From NCBI GenBank assembly GCA_963794955.1, contig CAWCGF010000014.1, positions 11,201 through 75,200 on the forward strand: 64,000 bases of DNA, given 5' to 3'. Position 1 is the first letter of the stretch; the number at the start of each line of letters is the position of its first letter. Under the pieces are notes generated by a model. That model was not told the origin of the DNA and did no database searches. It worked only from the letters and a program-made list of their open reading frames with translations. Shown here one piece after another: positions 55,637-64,000 of the stretch. Made by a program: the position numbers and the translations under genes. This stretch comes from an uncultured Acidobacteriota bacterium. GTDB taxonomy: Bacteria > Acidobacteriota > Blastocatellia > RBC074.

Positions 55637-55663
55637 CAAAAAGCAAAAATAATTTTCGGGGGC

Positions 55664-56056
55664 TTACCGCCCGCGCGTTGCCGCAATTAAAGCTTCCATA
55701 TGATTCAGATACCGTTCCAGTGCCTTACGGCCTGAGACTGTTACTTTAAATTCAGTTTTTGGAATGCGTCCATCAAAGGATTTAGTGCAAACGATATATT
55801 CCGCTTCTTCAAGTTTGCGCGCATGCACGCTCAAGTTACCATCGGTCGTATTGAGCAAAGCTTTTAAGTCATTGAAAGTCATGGATTCATTGACAGCCAG
55901 CGCGCTGATGATGGCGAGGCGCGTACGCTCGTGAATCAACCGGTCGAGTTCGGTAGTTTGAGCCACTTTCACCGAGGCAGAAGCGAGGGCTTCTGGTTTG
56001 CGCTGCCGCTGCGTTTCTTCGGATTTATCTTGTAGTAAAGCGTTGTTTTTAGCCAC
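55664..56056 (-). CDS. Winged-helix transcriptional regulator (ArsR/HTH_34-like)
   Basis: [24 protein letters not shown]. Confidence 0.9.
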   Translation of the reverse strand: MAKNNALLQDKSEETQRQRKPEALASASVKVAQTTELDRLIHERTRLAIISALAVNESMTFNDLKALLNTTDGNLSVHARKLEEAEYIVCTKSFDGRIPKTEFKVTVSGRKALERYLNHMEALIAATRGR

Positions 56057-56660
56057 CGTGTTTCCTCGCTATGATGATCCCGAAAATAATGTGGAAGATG
56101 CCAAACCCTATCGCCATTAAATAGTTTCCCCACGCCCAGGGACAAAATAGAGTAATTGCTCCCAACACCATAAAGCAGAGTCCCATGACAGGAACGATTC
56201 GAACTGAAAACGCTCCCCCGGTAACTACTCCCGTGCCGTAAAGCAGCAACCACATCCCAGGCAAAAAATCCGGTCGTTTGATTTCCCAGATCACGATTGT
56301 TAGCAACGCACCTGCCACCAAAGGAGGCGTGAGGCTTAATAGGAATTTCCGCGCGGGCGTAGAAAGGAGCGAGGATTCTGCCGCCCTGGCTTTTCGGTTC
56401 ATAGCAAAGATCGAAACCAATAACGAAACCAGGGCAATGCCCAGCCAGCTTAACAACCAGCGTTTCTGAAAAATCACTTGCGTTGTTACCTGCGCCCCGA
56501 ACATCGCAATCATCCCTACGACCACCAGTCCCCAGCCCGGGACAGCCGTAAAAGCCGAAGCCTTTTCCATCGTTTCGCGGATAAAGCGCAAATTATCCAT
56601 CGCGCGATCATGGAGCGCAGGCGGATCAGGCAATTTTCGAATGGGCGTTACATTGCTCAT
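56049..56660 (-). CDS. Conserved-looking multi-TM membrane protein
   Basis: [28 protein letters not shown]; overlaps the regulator start. Confidence 0.8.
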   Translation of the reverse strand: MSNVTPIRKLPDPPALHDRAMDNLRFIRETMEKASAFTAVPGWGLVVVGMIAMFGAQVTTQVIFQKRWLLSWLGIALVSLLVSIFAMNRKARAAESSLLSTPARKFLLSLTPPLVAGALLTIVIWEIKRPDFLPGMWLLLYGTGVVTGGAFSVRIVPVMGLCFMVLGAITLFCPWAWGNYLMAIGFGIFHIIFGIIIARKHGG

Positions 56661-56667
56661 GCCTCTC

Positions 56668-56714
56668 ACTATATTCAAATTACTTTTCCCGTCAAGCACT
56701 TTATTCTATAAAGC
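56668..56714 (-). promoter_or_regulatory. Sigma70-like promoter TTGACG-N16-TATAGT with adjacent operator ACTTT-N7-AAAGC
   Basis: -35 at 56695-56690, -10 at 56673-56668, palindrome 56698-56714. Confidence 0.55.
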
Positions 56715-56790
56715 GCATTTCCCAAAGGAAGCAGAAGTAAATCAACGACTGCGCCGCTTAGGAAAAAGTTGAAGCGGGACGAGAAACATG

Positions 56791-56819
56791 TTGACGCTTC
56801 AGGATTTGGCGGCTAATAT
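56791..56819 (+). promoter_or_regulatory. Sigma70-like promoter TTGACG-N17-TAATAT
   Basis: Near-consensus hexamers with 17-nt spacer upstream of the structured region. Confidence 0.6.
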
Positions 56820-56888
56820 CTCGGCTGCGTCAGAAGCAATCCTCCAAATTTACAGAAATAATTCACTCTTGCTTCACGCAAACTGCTA

Positions 56889-57325
56889 TTCCTTTTGACC
56901 TCACTTTCGGCAAATTTTCAGGTCGTTTTTAGGAAGCCGCTTCGTATCTGAGCACTTACCCTTCGCGGGTTTCACTGGGATAAGCTATGAGTTGAAAGAA
57001 TCTCTCCAGCGGAGGGAATCATCGCTCAAGCTTATGATGAATGTTCCTCACCCCAAGTATTGCCCGTTGCCAGCGGTCGCGGTGATTTGAGCTAGGTCGT
57101 GGTTGCTCCCGCAATTACGGTTGTCGCCCTGTGGTGCCCCATCGCGTGCGACATTCCCTAGCTCATCACTGACAGCAACGGGTTTACAAAGGTCGGCGTT
57201 CGCCTGGGATCTATAGATACGCTGACCTTTGATCCCCCGAGGCATTCATGCCTCGGTGATCCAGTGGGCTGCGCCCGCGCGACTAGGGGCGCAGCCATTG
57301 GATAGGCGCAGGAACGGCGCTGAAA
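56889..57325 (+). ncRNA. Candidate large structured ncRNA or leader (family not recognised)
   Basis: At least seven consecutive helices with G-U wobbles on the + strand; no credible ORF. Confidence 0.5.
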
Positions 57326-57704
57326 CTCCTACCCTTTTAGACAAACCATTGAAACGTGAATTTAGACGATGAATTTGTGAAACCTATCTGAGACTATGGC
57401 GTGAAAGAGGTCGTGTTTCGAGTAAATCCTAGTTTTACTAACAGCTAGGTTACGAGCAACCAAGCTTCCCTAATAGTGGCGGCCTCTGAAGAGAAAAACA
57501 AGCTGGCTTCGGTCAACTTAGCTGTGGTATAGTTTGGCTCCGAGTTAACTGGAATCAGCCCTTCCATTAATCTCCAGATGCTCTTAAAATTATCCACCGT
57601 ACTGACAAAAGAAGTTATCGCGTCCCCCTTCAATCGCAGGTCCCACATTTGATAATGCTGAGTTCGACACTTCAGTAATGAACGGAAACGGAAAGTAAGA
57701 TCAC

Positions 57705-58919
57705 ATGGCAGAGTTCATTTGCAGGCTTGGAACCCCAGCCGGAGAAATCGTAACCCGCACGGTAGAAGGGTTATCCCTGGATGAATTGCGCCTGCGGTTA
57801 AATAATGAAGGCTATAGTATCTTTTCCGTTGAATCGGCAGGGGGGGTCACCTCGCTGCTGGGCAAATCAAATCGCCACGTCAAAATTAAAATGGATGACT
57901 TCTTGCTCTTCAACCAGCAATTAGCCGCGCTCATCCATGCGGGATTACCCGTGTTGCAATCCATTCAGATGCTGCGTCATCGCTCCCCCAGCCCCAAGCT
58001 GCGTGAAGTGTTGGGAGATGTCGAATCACGCATTAAGTCTGGGGTAGCCTTATCAGAATCCTTCGCTGCACAAGGCGAAACTTTTCCGAAAATTTATATT
58101 GCGTCAATCCTGGCGGGGGAGCGGTCTGGCAACCTGGATGAAATTTTACGTCGGTATGTGATCTATACAAAAGCAATGGCAGCGATTCGACGGAAATTGC
58201 GCAGCGCACTGACGTATCCAGTTATCCTGCTGAGCGCCTCCGTTATCTTAATTGCTGTCTTGACGACTTATGTGATTCCGCAATTTTCCTCCATTTATGA
58301 CAATGTTGGGACCAAACTTCCGTGGATCACCGAGATGGTTGTCGGTCTATCCTCTGCCGTTCGTAACAATCTGCTCTGGTTAGTTCCTACCATTGTCATC
58401 TCGATCTTCGGTCTTTGGTCGTGGCGCAAAACAGAAAACGGGCGACGCACGATGGATCGGATGATCTTGCGGATTCCGATTGTGGGCGAGTTAGTGCGAC
58501 AGATGACCACAGCGCAATTTACCCGCAGCCTGGCAACATTGCTGGCAGGCGGGATTACGCTGGTCGAAGCCTTTCAGATTGCCTTGGCTTCAATCACCAA
58601 TCGGGAATTGCTACGCATTTCCGAACCAGCTTTGCCGAAGGTTCGTGAGGGAAAACCCTTTACCGAAAGTTTGGCAGGCGCAGGCTGGGTGCCGGAATTA
58701 GCGATAGATATGATTGGTGTGGGGGAACGTTCCGGTTCGTTGCGCGAAATGCTGGAAGAGGTTTCCGGGTTTTATGACGCTGAGACCGAAGTCAAACTAG
58801 GGCAACTCACCACCTTCATCGAGCCAGCCATTCTTATTTCGATGGGGGCAGTTGTCGTGACGATTCTGCTGGCGATTTATCTGCCATTGCTGACAATGAT
58901 GGGCAATGCAGGCAAATGA
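57705..58919 (+). CDS. pilC: Type IV pilus / T2SS platform protein PilC/GspF
   Basis: FNQQLAALIHAGLP, AGERSGNL, ALTYP, GERSGSL, IEP. Confidence 0.93.
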   Translation: MAEFICRLGTPAGEIVTRTVEGLSLDELRLRLNNEGYSIFSVESAGGVTSLLGKSNRHVKIKMDDFLLFNQQLAALIHAGLPVLQSIQMLRHRSPSPKLREVLGDVESRIKSGVALSESFAAQGETFPKIYIASILAGERSGNLDEILRRYVIYTKAMAAIRRKLRSALTYPVILLSASVILIAVLTTYVIPQFSSIYDNVGTKLPWITEMVVGLSSAVRNNLLWLVPTIVISIFGLWSWRKTENGRRTMDRMILRIPIVGELVRQMTTAQFTRSLATLLAGGITLVEAFQIALASITNRELLRISEPALPKVREGKPFTESLAGAGWVPELAIDMIGVGERSGSLREMLEEVSGFYDAETEVKLGQLTTFIEPAILISMGAVVVTILLAIYLPLLTMMGNAGK

Positions 58920-58963
58920 TAAAGGGCGATGATTTAGCGCAGTAGTTAATTACCAATTCAATC

Positions 58964-60589
58964 ATGGCAGAAGCGAAAGAAAAAATTACTCAAATAGCCG
59001 AACAAGCCCACGCGGAGCAACTGGCCACGCGCTATCGCTTGAACTTCGTAGATTTAGAAAAATTTCCGATTGATTATGCGCTCGTACAATCACTGCCTGT
59101 TGACATGATGCTGCGGAACAAGTTCGTTCCGCTGCAAAAAGAAAACGGACACATGGTGATTGCCATGGCGGACCCGTCCGACATTCCGCTGCTGGATGAA
59201 TTACGAGCACAGCTCAAAATCCAACTCCGGCCTGCTGTGGCTACTCGCACCGCCATCGAAGCGGTACTGAGGAAAGCAGACGCTTCAGATCGCGTATTTG
59301 CCGAAGCAACCGAAGGCTTTCGCGCCTCGCTTATCAAAGAGACGGAAGGCGGCGGAGAAGAGATTGTTGATCTGGAGCGATTATCCAGCGATGCCGAGAT
59401 GTCGCCGATTATCCGACTGGTAGACACGGTGGTCTTCACGGCGCTCGAAAAACGGGCTTCGGATATTCACATCGAAACACGCGATACGGACGTGGCCGTA
59501 CGCTATCGTATTGACGGCGCGTTGTATGAAGCGGGCGAGCCGATTGACATCAAGCATCACCAAACGATCATTTCCCGCATCAAGGTCATGTCCGAATTGG
59601 ACATTGCCGAACGTCGCGTGCCGCAAGATGGTCGCTTTCGGATGCGGATCAAAGGTCGTCGTGTGGATTTCCGTGTTTCTATCATTCCATCAGTGTATGG
59701 CGAAGATGCCGTGATTCGTATCCTCGATAAGGAACAAATCAACGAAGACTTTAAAGATTTAAAATTGGATGTCGTCGGCTTTGACCCGACCTTGCTCGCA
59801 GGCTTTCGTCGGTTTATTCATGAACCCTACGGCATGGTGCTGGTTACGGGGCCAACCGGTTCGGGGAAGACAACGACGCTGTATGCGGCGCTGAATGAAA
59901 TTCGCAATGATGAAGACAAGATCATCACGATTGAAGACCCGGTCGAATATCAATTGCGTGGCGTCATGCAAATTCAGGTGAATGAGAAGAAAGGGCTGAC
60001 GTTTGCGCGCGGACTGCGTTCGATGTTGCGCCACGATCCTGACAAAATCATGGTCGGCGAAATTCGTGACAATGAAACCGCGCAAATTGCGATCAACTCC
60101 GCACTCACCGGACACCTTGTGTTTACGACCGTCCACGCTAACAACGTGATTGACGTCATTGGGCGCTTTATGAATATGGGCGTCGAAGTCTATAACTTTG
60201 TGTCAGCACTCAACTGTGTTTTGGCGCAACGCCTGGTGCGCATGCTATGCGCACGCTGCAAAGAGCTATATCGTCCAACTGAAGAAGAATTTAATGAATC
60301 CGGCCTGCTTTCCGCGCGTTACACAGAACAGGCATTCTATCGCAGTGTGGGTTGCGAGGTTTGCAATCACACTGGCTATCGAGGCCGTACGGCCATCCAC
60401 GAATTACTCGACCTCTCGGATAACATTCGAGAGTTGATTATTGCGCGTCGGCCCGGGTCTGAAGTCCGACGTGCCGCCCGCGAAGAAGGCTTGGGCAGCT
60501 TGCGCGAATCGGCGCTCCGCCTGGTGTTTGAAGGGCAAACTACTTTGCACGAAATCAACCGCGTCACATTTGTCGAACCAGTAAACTAG
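58964..60589 (+). CDS. pilB: Assembly ATPase PilB/GspE
   Basis: ASDIHIE, PQDGR, GPTGSGKTT, RHDPD.IMVGEIRD, tetracysteine motif. Confidence 0.95.
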   Translation: MAEAKEKITQIAEQAHAEQLATRYRLNFVDLEKFPIDYALVQSLPVDMMLRNKFVPLQKENGHMVIAMADPSDIPLLDELRAQLKIQLRPAVATRTAIEAVLRKADASDRVFAEATEGFRASLIKETEGGGEEIVDLERLSSDAEMSPIIRLVDTVVFTALEKRASDIHIETRDTDVAVRYRIDGALYEAGEPIDIKHHQTIISRIKVMSELDIAERRVPQDGRFRMRIKGRRVDFRVSIIPSVYGEDAVIRILDKEQINEDFKDLKLDVVGFDPTLLAGFRRFIHEPYGMVLVTGPTGSGKTTTLYAALNEIRNDEDKIITIEDPVEYQLRGVMQIQVNEKKGLTFARGLRSMLRHDPDKIMVGEIRDNETAQIAINSALTGHLVFTTVHANNVIDVIGRFMNMGVEVYNFVSALNCVLAQRLVRMLCARCKELYRPTEEEFNESGLLSARYTEQAFYRSVGCEVCNHTGYRGRTAIHELLDLSDNIRELIIARRPGSEVRRAAREEGLGSLRESALRLVFEGQTTLHEINRVTFVEPVN

Positions 60590-60659
60590 CTGTGGGGAGA
60601 AGGAGCCATCGTCGCAGATGACTCGCAGCCCCTGGCCCTACTAGCGAAGGTCAATTGTT

Positions 60660-63600
60660 ATGAGAAAACAAATCAATTTCCGAACTGTACTCACATTCCT
60701 CATCATTGTGTGTCTCAGTCTTCCCTTCCCAGTATTTGCCGATAAAGTAGATACGAAAAAAGCCAAAAAGAATTTTTCGGAAGGAATGAAGTATGAGGTG
60801 GAGGAAAAATGGGACTTGGCTGCCCAGGCTTTTCTTTTGGCGGCGGTAGCAGACCCTGGTAATGTTGAATACAAGCTCCACATGCGGCGCGCAATGGAAC
60901 AGGCCTCGCGCATGTTCGGCAAACGCGGCGACACATTTGCTGCGGAGAATGATTTTGCGAGCGCCTATACAGCATACAAACAGGCCTTTGCTTACGATCA
61001 AACGAACGAAGTGATGTTTGTAAAAATGAAGCGGATGATTGAGTTGCAAAAAGCGGCTGCCGGGCTTGGTGATTCGCCGAAAATCAATCCTAGTACGGGG
61101 AGCTATCTGCCCACCAGCGCGGATGTCGCAGCGCCACAACAGCAACGCTCCCGCTCGAAAGACTTGGCCACAGTAATCCATTATAAAGACCAACCGCTCA
61201 AAGGTGTCATTCAAAACATTGCTAAGCAACTTAACCTCAATGTCATTTTTGATGAGACCTTCCGTGATGAACCGAAATACAACCTGGAGCTGCAAAACAC
61301 GACGTTATCGCGCGCGTTGGATTTCATTTTTATCCAGAAGAAATTGACCTTCGAGCAATTGGATCGCCGGACAATATTGATCTACTTCGATAACCCCACC
61401 AATCGGCAGCGTTTTGAACGGCTGTTGGTCAAGACCTTCTACATCAACAACGCCAAACTTGAAGAAGCGCGCCAAGTGGTGCAGCAAATGTTACAGGGGG
61501 GCGGCGCAGGTCTGATGCGGCAAATTGCCGCGTCCGTACAATTGAATGCGCTGATTGTCCGTGCTCCGGCAGAAGACCTCAAAATGGTGCAGGACGTGCT
61601 GGAAAGCATTGATAAGAATCGCGCTGAAGTCGCAGTTGATGTGGAAATTTATGAGGTCACACATAACACCAGTCAACAAATAGGCAATCAGGTAGCGATT
61701 GATCCGCTTACCGCCAGTGTGCCTATTCGCACGGTTGATGCCCGCGGCAATGTCACGACCACTTACCGAGAAGGCCCCTCAGGCGGCCTGAATAATCTGG
61801 GCGGCATTGGGCAAAGCTTATTGTCGGCAGCCGCTGTGATTGGGGGGAACACACTTGGCATTGGTACCGGTTTCGGCGCTTTATTAGCTGCGCCGCCAAC
61901 AACCTTGAGTCTCTTGCAAAACAAGACCAATGCGAAATTAGTCAGCCGCGTCAATATCCACGCGATTGATGGACAGTCGAATAAAACTAATGTTGGGCGT
62001 CGCGTCCCTGTGAATCTTGGTTATTCCTATCCGCAAGGCGTTTATGCGGGAAATACCACTACGCCGGGTGGGATAGGAACGACTACAGGTGCTGGTGGTT
62101 TGGGCGGCGCGTTGGGTGGTCTGGGCGGAGGATTTGGCGGTGGCATCAGCAGCTTCCAATATCAGGATGTGGGCTTGAATATTGACATCACGCCCACTGT
62201 TACAAATGAAGGCTATATCGAAATGAAGATGACGCTGGAGTCTTCTTCTGTCGTACCGGGTTCGGGTGGTTCGACGCAAACACCGGAATTTACACAGCGC
62301 AAGCTGACGACGATTTCGCGGGTGCTGGACGGCAGGACCGCTGTTGTGGCAGGCGTACAACAGCAAACTAAAACCGACGGACGCAGCACGATTCCGGTGA
62401 TCGGCATGATTCCGATTTTAGGCCGCTTTGTTACCACGCCGAAAGAATCGGCGGATATGAGCGATATTGTGATCACGGTCACCCCGCATATTATTCGCGC
62501 TCCTCAGCTAGAGAAAAAAGACCATCAGGCCAAAGATAGCGGCACCGGCCTGGGGGGCAACTTTGTGAGCATTGAGCAAGTCGTGATGCGCGCCCAGGAC
62601 GAAGATGACCAGGATCGTCGCATCATCGCTGCGCAACAAGGTCAGCCACTACCCGCGCAACCGACAGAAACCGTGACAACGGTTTCCGCGCCCATAACAC
62701 AACCTGCTGCGCCCGTTGTTCCGGCTGTCGTCCAACAATTACAACCAACGCCAGTGACGGCGAAGGCGGAAGATACCCAGGTAAAACCGCAGCCCGCAGT
62801 AGATCAGCCTGCGAATAAACAAGAACCGAAGCAAACTAAAGAACCGGAGCCAGAGAATAACAACGTAATTAATGAAGCTAATACTGATGATGGGGGCGTT
62901 CCTCCGCCGACGTTTGAACCGCCGCCCGGCTATTCGCCCAGATTGATGCCGCCCTCTATCACGCCCGAACAACGAGCGGCGTATGAGGAAGCACGTGCTA
63001 AAGCGGCAGAAGAGGCGAGAAAGAATCCGCCGCCTGCGCCTGATCCGACTAAAGACCAAGGCGTACCAGCACCAACTTTCGAGCCACCTCCGGGTTATTC
63101 ACCCAAATTAACTCCTCCGGTAAAACCCAAAAAAGAGAAGGAAAAATCCGCATCTCCGCAATCCGCTCAGAATGAGTCCAAAGAACTGAGCCTGGCGGCC
63201 CCGCCCTCGACTGCGATTGAAGTTTCAGCGACTGAGATGTCGTCGAATGCGGGAACCTCCCCACCGCTTGGACTGAGCCTTAAGCTCAAAGAAAAGAAAT
63301 TGCAGATGGGAGAAACCTTCATCGTAGTAGTTTCCGTGGATGGCAAGTCCAAAATGACCGGCGCGAATATTGCGCTGAACTACAATACCAATTTGCTGCA
63401 ACTTAAATCAGTGCGTGATGGAGGAATGTTGGGAAGAAACCCGGATATGACCCAGCAAGAGAAAAACGGCAAGCTGATTGTCAGTGTGCAACAAGTAAGT
63501 GATCGCGTTACCCCTGTCATGGCGAATGGCAAGTTACTCATCCTCGAATTTAAAGCTATCGGCGTTGGGCAAACGATGATCGGGTTTAATGCGGATGAGA

Positions 63601-63698
63601 CACGATTCCTGGTGGCGGATAAAACCAGTCCGCAATTCAGTGTTGCGCCCGTACAATTTGAAATCAGCCGCGAGGCCATTTCTAAACTGACGAAATAA
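60660..63698 (+). CDS. Secretin (GspD/PilQ) with N-terminal TPR-like region, Pro-rich linker and C-terminal cohesin-like domain
   Basis: YQDVGLNIDITP, IPILGRF, DIVITVTPHIIR; C-terminal GKLLILEFKAIGVG. Confidence 0.9.
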   Translation: MRKQINFRTVLTFLIIVCLSLPFPVFADKVDTKKAKKNFSEGMKYEVEEKWDLAAQAFLLAAVADPGNVEYKLHMRRAMEQASRMFGKRGDTFAAENDFASAYTAYKQAFAYDQTNEVMFVKMKRMIELQKAAAGLGDSPKINPSTGSYLPTSADVAAPQQQRSRSKDLATVIHYKDQPLKGVIQNIAKQLNLNVIFDETFRDEPKYNLELQNTTLSRALDFIFIQKKLTFEQLDRRTILIYFDNPTNRQRFERLLVKTFYINNAKLEEARQVVQQMLQGGGAGLMRQIAASVQLNALIVRAPAEDLKMVQDVLESIDKNRAEVAVDVEIYEVTHNTSQQIGNQVAIDPLTASVPIRTVDARGNVTTTYREGPSGGLNNLGGIGQSLLSAAAVIGGNTLGIGTGFGALLAAPPTTLSLLQNKTNAKLVSRVNIHAIDGQSNKTNVGRRVPVNLGYSYPQGVYAGNTTTPGGIGTTTGAGGLGGALGGLGGGFGGGISSFQYQDVGLNIDITPTVTNEGYIEMKMTLESSSVVPGSGGSTQTPEFTQRKLTTISRVLDGRTAVVAGVQQQTKTDGRSTIPVIGMIPILGRFVTTPKESADMSDIVITVTPHIIRAPQLEKKDHQAKDSGTGLGGNFVSIEQVVMRAQDEDDQDRRIIAAQQGQPLPAQPTETVTTVSAPITQPAAPVVPAVVQQLQPTPVTAKAEDTQVKPQPAVDQPANKQEPKQTKEPEPENNNVINEANTDDGGVPPPTFEPPPGYSPRLMPPSITPEQRAAYEEARAKAAEEARKNPPPAPDPTKDQGVPAPTFEPPPGYSPKLTPPVKPKKEKEKSASPQSAQNESKELSLAAPPSTAIEVSATEMSSNAGTSPPLGLSLKLKEKKLQMGETFIVVVSVDGKSKMTGANIALNYNTNLLQLKSVRDGGMLGRNPDMTQQEKNGKLIVSVQQVSDRVTPVMANGKLLILEFKAIGVGQTMIGFNADETRFLVADKTSPQFSVAPVQFEISREAISKLTK

Positions 63699-63708
63699 TC
63701 ACGGGAAA

Positions 63709-64000
63709 ATGAAAGATTTAATTCCGCAATCCGCAATCCGCAATCCGCAATCCGCCGGTTTTTCCCTGCTGGAGTTGATCATCACGTTGGCGATTCTTTC
63801 TATTCTGGTAACTGCTGTAGTGCCCTTGACCAAGAATAATCTCAAACGGCAACGGGAATATGAACTGAAGCAAACCCTGCGGGAAATTCGTCAGGCGATT
63901 GATCGCTACAATGTAGATTGTCGGAATGGCCAGGTCGGGCCGTTGGATCGCAAAGTGAATGACGAATTTTATCCACCGACCTTTGAAACCCTGGTCGAAG
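63709..64000 (+). CDS. Pseudopilin (GspG-like), runs off the right window edge
   Basis: MKDLIPQSAIRNPQSAG|FSLLELIITLAIL prepilin site, REYELKQTLREIRQAIDRY, YPPT. Confidence 0.9.
   Translation, partial: MKDLIPQSAIRNPQSAGFSLLELIITLAILSILVTAVVPLTKNNLKRQREYELKQTLREIRQAIDRYNVDCRNGQVGPLDRKVNDEFYPPTFETLVE
63720..63755 (+). repeat. (AATCCGC)n heptamer tandem inside the prepilin leader
   Basis: attccgc aatccgc aatccgc aatccgc aatccgc. Confidence 0.9.

Noticed and set aside
57335-57400. c-di-GMP-I riboswitch suggested by acaaaccattgaaa
   Set aside because: No pairing partner for the GAAA stem and no following GCAAAGC/P3 stem.

Overview
64-kb bacterial chromosomal window. Gene content (carboxypeptidase-regulatory-domain TonB-type receptor, MacB-type permeases, Uma2 proteins, hpnI, pilC-pilB-secretin-pseudopilin layout) suggests Acidobacteriota; this is inference only. 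It holds about 58 CDS: an ECF sigma/FecR anti-sigma/DUF4097/ABC locus, rsmD-coaD-aminotransferase, galE, a type IV pilus/T2SS system split over two loci, hemH-lepB-hemY, larC, ggt, an hpnI plus Arn-like glycosylation cluster and a wHTH-uppS-yjbQ-small ORF-B12 radical SAM operon. I found no tRNA, rRNA, CRISPR or transposase. Most notable: (1) a promoter-preceded, multi-helix, apparently non-coding region of about 500 nt upstream of pilC; (2) an unannotated 54-aa Trp-rich ORF (DWRSWNWSR) directly upstream of the B12 radical SAM; (3) degenerate 7/8-mer inverted-repeat hairpins, two of them flanking an Avd-like four-helix-bundle gene; (4) a REP/REPIN family, with one pair read in frame inside larC. 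Five or six single-base frameshifts are probably assembly errors. All functional calls come from motif recognition, with no database searches.
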